Below, piece by piece: positions 1 through 10,092 of a DNA stretch of 43,106 bases. Position 1 is the first letter of the stretch. The number at the start of each line of letters is the position of its first letter. The notes beneath the pieces were generated by a model. That model was not told the origin of the DNA. It made no database searches and saw only the letters and a program-made list of their open reading frames with translations. Position numbers and translations under genes: made by a program. The stretch comes from an uncultured Bacillales bacterium (GTDB taxonomy: Bacteria; Bacillota_I; Bacilli_A; RFN20; CAG-826): the NCBI GenBank assembly GCA_946630435.1, contig CAMOYS010000002.1:1-43106 (forward strand), read 5' to 3'.

Positions 1-212
1 ATTTCAAAAATTCTTTGCGTGGCAGGTTTAGATGTAGATTGAACAATATAGATTCTTTTATGAGCAACATCACTTAGACATCTAACGAGAATTTCGCCAT
101 CCGCAAAATGATCAATCTCAACTTCTCCTAAAGGGATATTAGTGAGATCAGATATGTCTTTGGCTAACTTTTTGTTAGCGGTTAATGCAAATATTAATGA
201 TTCTTTTTTCAT
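1..212 (-). CDS. prs: ribose-phosphate pyrophosphokinase (PRPP synthetase), N-terminal ~70 aa only; the gene runs off the left edge
   Basis: Reverse translation from the ATG at 210-212 gives MKKESLIFALTANKKLAKDISDLTNIPLGEVEIDHFADGEILVRCLSDVAHKRIYIVQSTSKPATQRIFE. This is the canonical Prs N-terminus (L..G......F.DGE..V.....V....V.I.QST). The frame is open to position 1. Confidence 0.8.
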   Translation of the reverse strand, partial: MKKESLIFALTANKKLAKDISDLTNIPLGEVEIDHFADGEILVRCLSDVAHKRIYIVQSTSKPATQRIFE

Positions 213-223
213 CAGTTAGGATT

Positions 224-817
224 TTACCAATATTTAATAGATAGTAAAACTATTTTCTTACTGGCTTCTCCTTTCTTAAGGACATTTTTATGTTCAAATT
301 TATAACCTAATTTTTCCAAATGTTCGTATCCTTGAGCACTTTTAATCCAAAAATAGATGCCATAGTTTTCTAAATTGATTTTGCTATTTTGGTTATAAAT
401 ATCTAATGCATCGTAATAAAGTAAGTCGTTTTTAAGGACAAAGTTTTCTGGGAGATAATTTAGTTCAATCTTTGAGAAGCGGCAGAAACGATATATAACA
501 AATAATCTTTCATAATAGATTTCAGGTAGTTCAAAATCGTTTTTAACTAGTAAGGAGTCACATCTTTCTCCTTCAATATAATCAAATAAGACCTCAAATG
601 TTTTCTTATCTTTTTCGATAATCTTAGGAATACGAATTCCTGCTTTTACAAGTTGGTTATAGCGGTCCATCTCATCATTAAACGCCTTAAATCCACGGTA
701 TTTTTTATATGTATATTTTTTATTTTTACGAGTAACTCTATAAGCATCATAAAGTTCATAGGAGCCTAACTCCTCTATTACTTGATAGACTTTACGTTTG
801 ATTTTAATCTCGTTCAT
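224..817 (-). CDS. hypothetical protein with a possible degenerate protein-kinase-like fold
   Basis: 197-aa ORF ending 11 nt upstream of prs on the same strand. YTYKKY, then NDEMDRYNQLVKAGIRIP, then FDYIEGE resembles the N-lobe and hinge of Kdo/RIO/APH-type kinases. The expected HxD...N catalytic loop reads NYLPENF. No family assigned with confidence. Confidence 0.55.
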   Translation of the reverse strand: MNEIKIKRKVYQVIEELGSYELYDAYRVTRKNKKYTYKKYRGFKAFNDEMDRYNQLVKAGIRIPKIIEKDKKTFEVLFDYIEGERCDSLLVKNDFELPEIYYERLFVIYRFCRFSKIELNYLPENFVLKNDLLYYDALDIYNQNSKINLENYGIYFWIKSAQGYEHLEKLGYKFEHKNVLKKGEASKKIVLLSIKYW

Positions 818-891
818 TGCCTTAATATTTTAAATTTATTCTTTATAAAATTAAATCTAACAATAAACAAATTTCTATTATTTAAAGAAAA

Positions 892-900
892 TGGCATAAT
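892..900 (+). promoter_or_regulatory. candidate extended -10 element (TGgCATAAT) for the glycosyltransferase gene
   Basis: TG at 892-893 and CATAAT at 895-900. The ATG at 908 lies 7 nt after the hexamer, and attgact contains no Shine-Dalgarno sequence. The -35 region is weak (tttcta, 872-877). Confidence 0.35.
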
Positions 901-907
901 ATTGACT

Positions 908-1927
908 ATGAAAGTTTTATTATATTTTGAAAATGAAAAAGCCATCCGTAAAAGCGGAATCGGTCGCGCTCTTAAGCATCAAATGAGAGCGTGTGAATCT
1001 CAAGGAATTGAATATACTCTTGATCCAAAAGACACTTATGATTTAGCGCATATTAATACTTATTTCTCTAAATCATATAAAGTTCTCAAACAATGCAAGA
1101 AAAAAGGAATTCCAGTTATTGTTCATGGTCACTCCACTAAAGAAGACTTTAGAGATAGTTTTGCTATGTGGAGATTTATGACTTTATATTATTATCCAAG
1201 ATTAAAGAAAATGTATTCACATGCTGATGTAATCGTTACGCCAACTGAATACTCTAAGAAGTTAATTGAAAACTATGGATATAACGTTCCTGTTTATGCC
1301 TTAAGTAATGGAATCGATTTAAATGCTTATAGTTTTGATCAAAAGAATGTTGATGCTTATCGTAAGTATTTTAATCTTGAGGAAGGTAAGAAATCCGTCA
1401 TCGGTTTAGGCCTCCCATTTAAAAGAAAAGGACTTCATGATTTCATTGAAGTTGCAAGACATATGCCAGATGTTAAATTCATTTGGTTTAGCCATTTGAA
1501 TCCACTTCTTGTATCAAATTTTATTAAAAGAGCTATTAGAAGAAAACCTGACAATGTCATTATGGCGGGTTATGTTGAAGACTACGCTGTTGTTAAAGGC
1601 GCCTTCCAAAATGCTGATGCCTTCTTCTTCCCATCATATGAAGAAAATGAAGGTATTGTTACCTTAGAAGCATTAGCCACAAAATGTCCGGCAGTTATTA
1701 GAGATATCGGCGTTTATGCTGATTGGTTACATAACGGTGTTGATTGCTATAAAGGACATAATAATGAAGAATTTGTGGAAATTTTAACTAAAGTTATCAA
1801 TCACCGTGATGAAAAAGTTATCGAAGCAGGTTACGAAGTTGTTAAAGAAAGATCTATAGATAAAGTTGGTGAAGGTATCAAAGCTATCTATGAAGAAGTA
1901 ATTGCTAAATATGGAAAACAAAAATAA
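908..1927 (+). CDS. GT4 (GT-B) glycosyltransferase, CpoA / glycosyl-diacylglycerol synthase-like
   Basis: Start moved to ATG 908; the ORF-track start at 782 is an in-frame extension through an AT-rich leader. MKVLLYFENEKAIRKSGIGRALKHQ...VHGHSTKEDFRDSF and FFFPSYEENEGIVTLEA (EX7E-type region) are typical of streptococcal CpoA-like glycolipid glycosyltransferases. Confidence 0.8.
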   Translation: MKVLLYFENEKAIRKSGIGRALKHQMRACESQGIEYTLDPKDTYDLAHINTYFSKSYKVLKQCKKKGIPVIVHGHSTKEDFRDSFAMWRFMTLYYYPRLKKMYSHADVIVTPTEYSKKLIENYGYNVPVYALSNGIDLNAYSFDQKNVDAYRKYFNLEEGKKSVIGLGLPFKRKGLHDFIEVARHMPDVKFIWFSHLNPLLVSNFIKRAIRRKPDNVIMAGYVEDYAVVKGAFQNADAFFFPSYEENEGIVTLEALATKCPAVIRDIGVYADWLHNGVDCYKGHNNEEFVEILTKVINHRDEKVIEAGYEVVKERSIDKVGEGIKAIYEEVIAKYGKQK

Positions 1928-2459
1928 AGATTTATTAATGGAATTAGTCCGTTTCGTTCTCATTGGGGTATACGGAACACTTATTGATATGGCTGTCGAA
2001 GGATGGCTAACTTCTTTCGCCTCTAAATGGGCCGATGGTAAAGGCGCTGTTATTGCATTCTTAATCATGTTTGCAGTTGGTTTAGTTGGTTGGCTTGTTG
2101 CCACTCCTGCTACATGGTCACTCACTTCCATCTGGGGATTTAGAAATGTTAGAGAAGATGATGAAAAGAAAGCAAAGAGCTTAAAAGGTTTATTAAGATT
2201 TACTCTATTAGCCTTAGCGGTTTTAGCTATTGGAGCACTTATCCAATTCGCAGGCTATATGATTTGCCTTAATTCTATGCACATTGATATCGTTGTCGAC
2301 TTTAACTTTGGTGAAGCCGCTTCAACAGGTGATTTAAGAGCTATTCTTGCCTGGGGCGTTGTCTTTGTAATTAGAACAATCGTTACCATGGTTTTAAACT
2401 ATGTAACACGAAAATTATTCTTGTATCGTGCACCAAAAAACCCACAGGAAGTCGCCTAA
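1911..2459 (+). CDS. GtrA-family membrane protein
   Basis: ATG 1911 overlaps the GT4 gene end by 17 nt. About 4 hydrophobic helices. LVRFVLIGVYGTLIDMAVEGWL matches the GtrA-family N-terminal motif. The track start at 1902 is a TTG. Confidence 0.65.
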   Translation: MENKNKDLLMELVRFVLIGVYGTLIDMAVEGWLTSFASKWADGKGAVIAFLIMFAVGLVGWLVATPATWSLTSIWGFRNVREDDEKKAKSLKGLLRFTLLALAVLAIGALIQFAGYMICLNSMHIDIVVDFNFGEAASTGDLRAILAWGVVFVIRTIVTMVLNYVTRKLFLYRAPKNPQEVA

Positions 2460-2465
2460 ATTTAA

Positions 2466-2795
2466 TTATTTACCACGATATTCGTTATATTTCTTAGAAC
2501 TACCTCGCACTAAATCTGCGGGGTATTTTTCTTCATTTGATTTTAGTTTTGTTAAGATTATTTCATCCATATCAAGGTGGTAACGATCCGCTAAAAGAAT
2601 GGAATACATTAATACATCAGCAAGCTCTTCTTTAACTTTATCTAAGGATTTTTCTTTATGATCCCATTGATATACTTCGAGTAATTCAGCTGCTTCAATA
2701 ACTAATGATTTAGCGAGGTTTTCTCCTGTATGAAATTGAGACCAATCACGGTCATCTCTAAACTTTAAAACTTTATCAATTGTTTCTTGTTTCAT
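2466..2795 (-). CDS. MazG-like nucleotide pyrophosphohydrolase (small all-alpha NTP-PPase)
   Basis: Start at ATG 2793-2795, preceded by GGTGGTGGATT. The upstream MLIILLQLISIDWWWI extension was rejected. FRDDRDWSQFHTGENLAKSLVIEAAELLE...EELADVLMY carries the EExxE...ExxD metal-binding pattern of MazG/dCTPase-like proteins. Confidence 0.75.
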   Translation of the reverse strand: MKQETIDKVLKFRDDRDWSQFHTGENLAKSLVIEAAELLEVYQWDHKEKSLDKVKEELADVLMYSILLADRYHLDMDEIILTKLKSNEEKYPADLVRGSSKKYNEYRGK

Positions 2796-2898
2796 AATCC
2801 ACCACCAATCTATCGAAATTAATTGTAACAAAATAATTAACAAAATAAGTGCAAAATCTTTTTATTTTATTTAAAGATTTGTTAACATTTTTAGAGTT

Positions 2899-4704
2899 AT
2901 GAAGAAATATTTAAGATTCATGTTTGAGTTAACTGAAGGTTATCGTAAACTATACCTTCTTCAGCTTTCCCTCATTGTTATATCAATCTTTTTAACAATG
3001 CTTTCTTCATACACCGTTAAGATTGTTATCGATTGCTATACCGAAACTAATGGTGTTATTAATATCTATCAACCAAGTTTACTTGGTCCTATTGGTAACT
3101 TTATCGTTTTAATATTTGGTGGACCTGATTTTATCATGGATAATAAATGGATCTTAGCCATTGGAGTTATTGGCTTTGGTTTATTAGGAGTTGGTTCATT
3201 TATTGTTAGAGGATTAATTAGAGGCCATGTTAATACCGGTATTTCAAAAAGAATTAGATTAGATCTTTTTAACCATATTGAAAGACTTCCTTATAGTGTT
3301 ATTAAAACTCATAATAATGGGGATTTCTTACAAACTTGTATGAGAGATGAACAAGTTTTAAGAGAATTTGTTACTTGGAGATTTAATCAGTTATTCCAAA
3401 CCTTAATGACAATGATTATCTCTTTTACAATTCTTTGTACGATTGAATGGAGATTAGCTTTAGTAAGTATCGCAGCGATTCCTTTACTTATTCTTTATTC
3501 TGTTTTTGTTGTTAAAAAGGATGAAAGATTATATCGCGCAACTGATGATTCTGAGGCAGTTGTTATAGGAAAAATTGAAGAAAACATCAATTCCATCAGA
3601 GTGGTAAAAGCCTATAATAACGAACGATTTGAGATTGATGAATTTAATAAAGATTTAAAAGATTATAAAGATAAATTCAAACGTTGGAGAAGATTCTCAA
3701 TGTTATTTATCGCTTCTAGTGACATCTTAGTCTTTGGCCAAATTATCGCGACTGGCTTAGTTGGTGGAGCTTTCACTTATTTTGGAGATATTACCGTAGG
3801 CACAATGGTTATTGCTACTACATATACCGCTTCAGTTATTTGGCCAGTTAGAGAATGTATTAACACGATTATTGATTACGCTAAAGCGACTGTTTCTATT
3901 GATAGAATGATGGAAATCTTTAATACCCCTTATGAAGATTTAGATAAGGGCGAGGATTTCGATATTAAAGGTGATATTGAATTTGATAATGTTTCCTTTG
4001 CTTTTGATGATGATAAAGAAAACCCATTTATTAAGAATTTATCTTTCAAAATTAAAAAGGGAATGACAGTAGCCTTTATGGGTAAAACAGGAAGTGGTAA
4101 ATCCACTACTGCTCATTTATTAACTAAACTTTATGATTACGATTCTGGATCTATCAAAATTGATGGAGTGGAGCTTAAAGATATTTCCAAAAGATGTGTT
4201 AGAAGAAATATCTCTATGGTCCTTCAAGAACCTTTCTTATTTTCCCGTACTGTATTAGAAAACTTAAGAATTAAAGAAAAAGACGCACCAATGGAGAAAA
4301 TTATTGAAGCCACTTCTACTGCGGATATGCATAAAACAATCGAAGGTTTTTCAAATGGTTATGATACCTTAATCGGTGAAAGAGGAACCACTTTATCAGG
4401 TGGACAAAAGCAAAGAATAGCAATGGCAAGAACGCTTTTAAATGAGTCTCCTATTGTTATTTTTGATGATAGTTTAAGCGCAGTTGATGCGGAAACAGAT
4501 GTGAGAATTAGAACGGCTTTAAAACATAGACAATTTAAATCCACTAACTTAATTATTACTCATAGAGTAATGACTGCACAAAACGCTGACTTAATTGTCG
4601 TTTTTGAAAACGGAACTGCAACTGAAATTGGAACACATAAGGAACTAATTAACAAACATGGTTTCTATGAAAAGATATATAAGATTCAAACGAGGATAGA
4701 GTAG
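2899..4704 (+). CDS. ABC exporter half-transporter (TMD-NBD), degenerate-site subunit of a heterodimer
   Basis: Six-helix TMD. Walker A GKTGSGKST, signature LSGGQ, Walker B IVIFDD (Asp replaces the catalytic Glu), H-loop ITHR. Confidence 0.9.
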   Translation: MKKYLRFMFELTEGYRKLYLLQLSLIVISIFLTMLSSYTVKIVIDCYTETNGVINIYQPSLLGPIGNFIVLIFGGPDFIMDNKWILAIGVIGFGLLGVGSFIVRGLIRGHVNTGISKRIRLDLFNHIERLPYSVIKTHNNGDFLQTCMRDEQVLREFVTWRFNQLFQTLMTMIISFTILCTIEWRLALVSIAAIPLLILYSVFVVKKDERLYRATDDSEAVVIGKIEENINSIRVVKAYNNERFEIDEFNKDLKDYKDKFKRWRRFSMLFIASSDILVFGQIIATGLVGGAFTYFGDITVGTMVIATTYTASVIWPVRECINTIIDYAKATVSIDRMMEIFNTPYEDLDKGEDFDIKGDIEFDNVSFAFDDDKENPFIKNLSFKIKKGMTVAFMGKTGSGKSTTAHLLTKLYDYDSGSIKIDGVELKDISKRCVRRNISMVLQEPFLFSRTVLENLRIKEKDAPMEKIIEATSTADMHKTIEGFSNGYDTLIGERGTTLSGGQKQRIAMARTLLNESPIVIFDDSLSAVDAETDVRIRTALKHRQFKSTNLIITHRVMTAQNADLIVVFENGTATEIGTHKELINKHGFYEKIYKIQTRIE

Positions 4705-4706
4705 AT

Positions 4707-6638
4707 ATGGCGGTACTAACTGAAGAAAGAGAACCAATCAAACGTTTGAGTGTTAAATCATTCTCTCAAATCTTTAAGTATGCCTTAAGACATTGGCCAT
4801 ACTTTGTTTTCGTTATTATTGCGATGGTTGTTACTTCTTTCTATGACGCTTCATTTACTCCAATGATGAATAAGTCACTTGTTAAAGCTTTAGAAGGAAT
4901 GACTGTTGCCGGAAATGATTTAGCATCCTTTAACATTAATGTTGAGATGATATTTGGGATTAACTTTAATCTAAGATTCTATGAATTTATGGGTTTATTC
5001 CTCTTCTCAATGCTTGTTAGATGTGTATCTATTTTCTTTACCTTATATTTAGCGGACTTATTATCCGTTCAAATTATGGATGATTTAAGAAGAGAATCAT
5101 TTGAAAAGGTCCAACAACTTAGTTTCTCTTATTTTGATAAAACTCCAACTGGATGGATTCTTGCTCGTATGCAAAATGATACTTCCTCTGTATCTGATTT
5201 ATTAGCGTGGGGCTTAGTTAGATTCTTCTGGACGATATTTGAAATCTTCTTCTTACTCATCACTATGTTCTCTACTTCTTGGGAATTAACTTTGTTAATC
5301 TTAACTTTATCTCCAGTTATTATGATTGCTACACCAATCTTCCAACACTTCTTACTTAAGTTCCACCGTATCGCTCGTAACGCTTATTCTAACTATGTTA
5401 GATGGTTATCGGAATGTATTAACGGAACTTCTACAATTAAGACACTTGGCATTGAAGATAATGTTTATCATGAAGCATCAGAAGTTGTGGATGATATCCG
5501 TAAGAAACTAAAAAGAGCTATGGTTCTCCGTTCTTTCTTTGGGCCATTTGTTAACTTAGTTTCTTCCTTATCCATTGGACTTGTTATTCTTATTTGTTAT
5601 CCAAACATCAATAATCCAGGTGCATGGTTAGTTGTTGATTCTTCTTTATTCGTCTTATTCGTTAGCTCAGTAAGTGAGGTATACACTCAAATAAGTGACT
5701 TCTCTGAAATCTATAATGAATTTGTTGCTAACCAAGCTAATGCTGAAAAGATTATGGCGCTTATAAATGAAGTCCCAGAACTAGAAGATAGGCCAGATGT
5801 TATAGAAAAATATGGTACTTTACTTAATCCAAAACTAGAGGCGTATGAACCAATTGAAGGTGATATTGAATTTAAAAATGTCTCATTCTCTTATCTACCT
5901 GAAATCGAAGTAATTCATAATTTAAACCTTCATATTAAAAAGGGAACAAGTTTAGCGATTGTGGGAGAAACTGGAAGTGGAAAGACCACTACTGCGAATT
6001 TATTATGTCGTTTCTATGAACCTAGTGAAGGTGAAATTTTAATTGATGGAGTAAATTATAAAGATCGTTCTGTCGGTTGGTTACGTAATTCAATTTCTTA
6101 TGTCCAACAAAACCCATTCATCTTTACAGGTACATTTAGACAGAATATTGCTTATGGCAAAATTAACGCGACTGATGAAGAAATTAAGATGGCCGCACAT
6201 ATTGTCGGTATCGATAAATTTATCGAAGAACAAAAAGATGGTTATGATACTGTTCTTTCTGATGGAGGAAATCAATTATCACTTGGTCAAAAACAATTAA
6301 TATCTTTTGCTAGATCAATAGTGCGTAACCCAAGAATCTTAATTTTAGATGAAGCTACTTCTTCAATTGATACTGAATCTGAAGCTTATGTTAGAGGCGC
6401 TATTGATAAGATTCTTGATGGAAGAACTTCGATTATTATCGCGCATAGATTATCAACAATTGTTAACTGTGACCGCATCATCATGATGGAAAACGGGGTC
6501 ATTATTGAAGATGGAACACATCGTGAACTAATGGCGAAAAAAGGAAGATATTTCACTCTTTATATGTCTCAGTTCCAGGATTTAAAGATTGATACTCAGA
6601 TTGAAACATACGAAAGAGAACAGAAATTAGCGAAATAA
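4707..6638 (+). CDS. ABC exporter half-transporter (TMD-NBD), consensus-site subunit of a heterodimer
   Basis: Starts 2 nt after the previous stop. Walker A GETGSGKTT, degenerate signature LSLGQ, canonical Walker B ILILDEATS, H-loop IAHR. Confidence 0.9.
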   Translation: MAVLTEEREPIKRLSVKSFSQIFKYALRHWPYFVFVIIAMVVTSFYDASFTPMMNKSLVKALEGMTVAGNDLASFNINVEMIFGINFNLRFYEFMGLFLFSMLVRCVSIFFTLYLADLLSVQIMDDLRRESFEKVQQLSFSYFDKTPTGWILARMQNDTSSVSDLLAWGLVRFFWTIFEIFFLLITMFSTSWELTLLILTLSPVIMIATPIFQHFLLKFHRIARNAYSNYVRWLSECINGTSTIKTLGIEDNVYHEASEVVDDIRKKLKRAMVLRSFFGPFVNLVSSLSIGLVILICYPNINNPGAWLVVDSSLFVLFVSSVSEVYTQISDFSEIYNEFVANQANAEKIMALINEVPELEDRPDVIEKYGTLLNPKLEAYEPIEGDIEFKNVSFSYLPEIEVIHNLNLHIKKGTSLAIVGETGSGKTTTANLLCRFYEPSEGEILIDGVNYKDRSVGWLRNSISYVQQNPFIFTGTFRQNIAYGKINATDEEIKMAAHIVGIDKFIEEQKDGYDTVLSDGGNQLSLGQKQLISFARSIVRNPRILILDEATSSIDTESEAYVRGAIDKILDGRTSIIIAHRLSTIVNCDRIIMMENGVIIEDGTHRELMAKKGRYFTLYMSQFQDLKIDTQIETYEREQKLAK

Positions 6639-6664
6639 AAAGAACCTCGGCGGAGGTTCTTTTA
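6637..6664. terminator. bidirectional Rho-independent terminator between convergent ABC and gpmA genes
   Basis: AGAACCTC (6641-6648) / GAGGTTCT (6653-6660), 8-bp stem with loop GGCG. Flanked by an A-run on the 5' side and a T-run on the 3' side. Confidence 0.7.
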
Positions 6665-6678
6665 ATACTTTGTATTAA

Positions 6679-7425
6679 TTATTTAGCTTTACCTTGGTTA
6701 GCAACTGCTTCCATTTGGGCTTTAAGTTCAGCTTCATCCATTAAATAATAATGTTTAACAGCTTTCATATTATCATCAAATTCATAGACAAGTGGGACAC
6801 CGGTAGGAATATTAACTCCAACGATTTCTTCATCTTTCATATTGTCGAAATATTTAACTAAAGCACGGAGAGAGTTACCATGGGCAACGATAAGAACACG
6901 TTTACCTTCTTCCATTTCAGGTTTAATAACTTCTTCAAAATATGGAACGGCACGAGCAACTGTCATTTCAAGAGATTCATGAAGTGGAAGATCTTTTTTA
7001 TCAACAGTTCTAAATTGAGCTTGGAGAGCTGGGTTTCTTGGATCATCTTCTTTAAGAGCTGGAGGTGGGCAATCATAAGATCTTCTCCAAATCTTAACTT
7101 GTTCTTCACCGTATTTAGCAGCAGTTTCGGCTTTATTTAAACCTTGAAGAGCACCGTAATGACGTTCGTTAAGTCTCCAAGATTTATAAACTGGGAGCCA
7201 TTCTCTATCAAGTTCAAATAAAACATTGTTCATGGTGTGGATAGCTCTTTTAAGTAAGGAGGTATGAACAACATCAAAGTCATAACCTTCTGCTTTTAAG
7301 GTTTTACCAGCGCGGTGAGCTTCTTCAACACCCTTAGGAGAAAGTTCAACATCGGTCCAGCCAGTGAAAAGATTTAATTTATTCCATTCAGACTCGCCGT
7401 GTCTAATTAAAACTAATTTATGCAT
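6679..7425 (-). CDS. gpmA: 2,3-bisphosphoglycerate-dependent phosphoglycerate mutase
   Basis: [29 protein letters not shown] (RHGESxWN catalytic-His motif), 248 aa full length. AHGNSLRAL is the second His motif. Confidence 0.93.
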   Translation of the reverse strand: MHKLVLIRHGESEWNKLNLFTGWTDVELSPKGVEEAHRAGKTLKAEGYDFDVVHTSLLKRAIHTMNNVLFELDREWLPVYKSWRLNERHYGALQGLNKAETAAKYGEEQVKIWRRSYDCPPPALKEDDPRNPALQAQFRTVDKKDLPLHESLEMTVARAVPYFEEVIKPEMEEGKRVLIVAHGNSLRALVKYFDNMKDEEIVGVNIPTGVPLVYEFDDNMKAVKHYYLMDEAELKAQMEAVANQGKAK

Positions 7426-7587
7426 ATAAAATCCTTCTTTCTTTTAACAATATATCATAGATAAATATTTTTGTCTTAAGTCTTTTTTATTTAGTAGTCC
7501 AATAAACATCTTATAAATAAAGAAAAATTAACGAATAATGTGATAATAAATGAAAATTCTTATAAAATATGATTAGGTCTTAAAGAT

Positions 7588-8583
7588 ATGGAATTAAAAG
7601 ATTTAGCTATTATTGATTTACACCTTCATCTTGATGGAGCGTTATCGCCTGAAATTATTATAGAAAGAGCAATGAAAGAGAATATTGATCTCCCTACATA
7701 TAATAAAGATGAATTAAGAAAATATTTAGAAGTCAGTAAACACTGCGAATCTTTAAACGAATACTTAACTAAATTTGATATTCCAAATCTTGTTCTACAA
7801 ACTAAAGAAGGTATCTATGAATGCACATTGGATTTGCTTCATAGACTTTCATTACAAGGACTTAAATATGTTGAAATTAGAATGGCTCCTCAATTATCCA
7901 CTACTAAAGGTTTAAGCCAAGAAGAAGTTGTTATCGAATTAATAAATTCTTCCCAAAGAGCCGAGCTCCTATATGGAATTTCCTCAAATATCATTCTTTG
8001 TATGATGAGAGGAGACACCAATAGAACGAAGAATTTAGAAACAATCGATGTTGCTTATAAATATTTAAATAAAGGAGTTGCTGCGCTTGATTTAGCGGGT
8101 GCAGAAGCCATATTCCCAAACGAATTATTTAAAGAAGAATTTAACAGAATTAAAGAATTAGGAATTCCATTAACGGTTCATGCTGGTGAAGCAAGCGGAA
8201 GCGAATCAGTTAGGAGTGCTATTAACTTTGGCGCGGTTCGAATCGGACACGGAGTTCACGCGATAGAAGATATGGAATTAATGTGTGAGATAGTAGGAAA
8301 ACGAATTCCTCTTGAAATCTGCCCTACTTCAAATTTAGACACTAAAGCAGTTTCTAGTCTTGAAGAAATACCAGTTAAGAAATTCCTAGAGTTAGGAGTA
8401 AAAGTGACAATTAATACTGATGATCCAACTGTCAGTAATACTACCTTGCACGATGAATATAAGCTTTTAGAAAATATTGGTTTAAGCGAGGAAGAACTAA
8501 AAACAATTGCTTTAAATTCAATTGAAGCTGCTTTTATAAATAATGAGAAAAAAGAAGAGTTAAAATCATTTCTTCCAAAATAA
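7588..8583 (+). CDS. add: adenosine deaminase
   Basis: DLHLHLDGAL, VHAGE and TINTDDP metal and catalytic motifs. 331 aa. Confidence 0.88.
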   Translation: MELKDLAIIDLHLHLDGALSPEIIIERAMKENIDLPTYNKDELRKYLEVSKHCESLNEYLTKFDIPNLVLQTKEGIYECTLDLLHRLSLQGLKYVEIRMAPQLSTTKGLSQEEVVIELINSSQRAELLYGISSNIILCMMRGDTNRTKNLETIDVAYKYLNKGVAALDLAGAEAIFPNELFKEEFNRIKELGIPLTVHAGEASGSESVRSAINFGAVRIGHGVHAIEDMELMCEIVGKRIPLEICPTSNLDTKAVSSLEEIPVKKFLELGVKVTINTDDPTVSNTTLHDEYKLLENIGLSEEELKTIALNSIEAAFINNEKKEELKSFLPK

Positions 8584-8626
8584 TGCGAATTTTATTAACT
8601 TTTAGTGTTAATAATATATAATTTAA

Positions 8627-9955
<1,329 letters not shown>

Positions 9956-9972
9956 TTAAACTTATAAAGTCT

Positions 9973-10004
9973 AAAACGCTGTCACACTGTGATGGCGTTT
10001 TTTA
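9973..10004 (+). terminator. Rho-independent terminator after eno
   Basis: AAACGCTGTCAC / GTGATGGCGTTT forms a 12-bp stem with two G.U pairs and loop ACT, followed by a T-run. Confidence 0.7.
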
Positions 10005-10044
10005 TTGGCTAAATTTTGCTGGGTAATTGCATTTACCATGAACT

Positions 10045-10072
10045 TTGATTATATTGTTATTATTCATATAAT
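10045..10072 (+). promoter_or_regulatory. candidate sigma-A promoter for the flavin-reductase-like gene
   Basis: TTGATT (10045-10050), 16-nt spacer, TATAAT (10067-10072). RBS GAGGT lies 7 nt before ATG 10093. Confidence 0.45.
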
Positions 10073-10092
10073 GAATATTAGAGGTCTAAAAA

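Noticed and set aside
782-907. N-terminal extensions proposed by the ORF track: 782-907 for the GT4 gene, 2796-2843 for MazG-like, 8627-8656 for eno, 18112-18195 for the GHMP kinase and 36845-36874 for the lipoprotein.
   Set aside because: In each case an internal ATG reproduces the conserved family N-terminus. For four of the five it is also preceded by a good RBS; the GT4 ATG has none and instead sits 7 nt after an extended -10. The extensions read through AT-rich leaders or through the RBS itself.
1784-2131. A 115-aa minus-strand ORF spanning the GT4/GtrA junction.
   Set aside because: It is antisense to two well-supported genes, has no Shine-Dalgarno sequence, and its product has no motif. 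It is considered spurious.
7426-7587. A possible purine riboswitch or other leader RNA in the 162-nt divergent region upstream of adenosine deaminase.
   Set aside because: The region is very AT-rich. I could find no conserved purine-riboswitch core, no P1/P2/P3 pairing pattern and no terminator/antiterminator alternative. It most likely holds only two divergent promoters.
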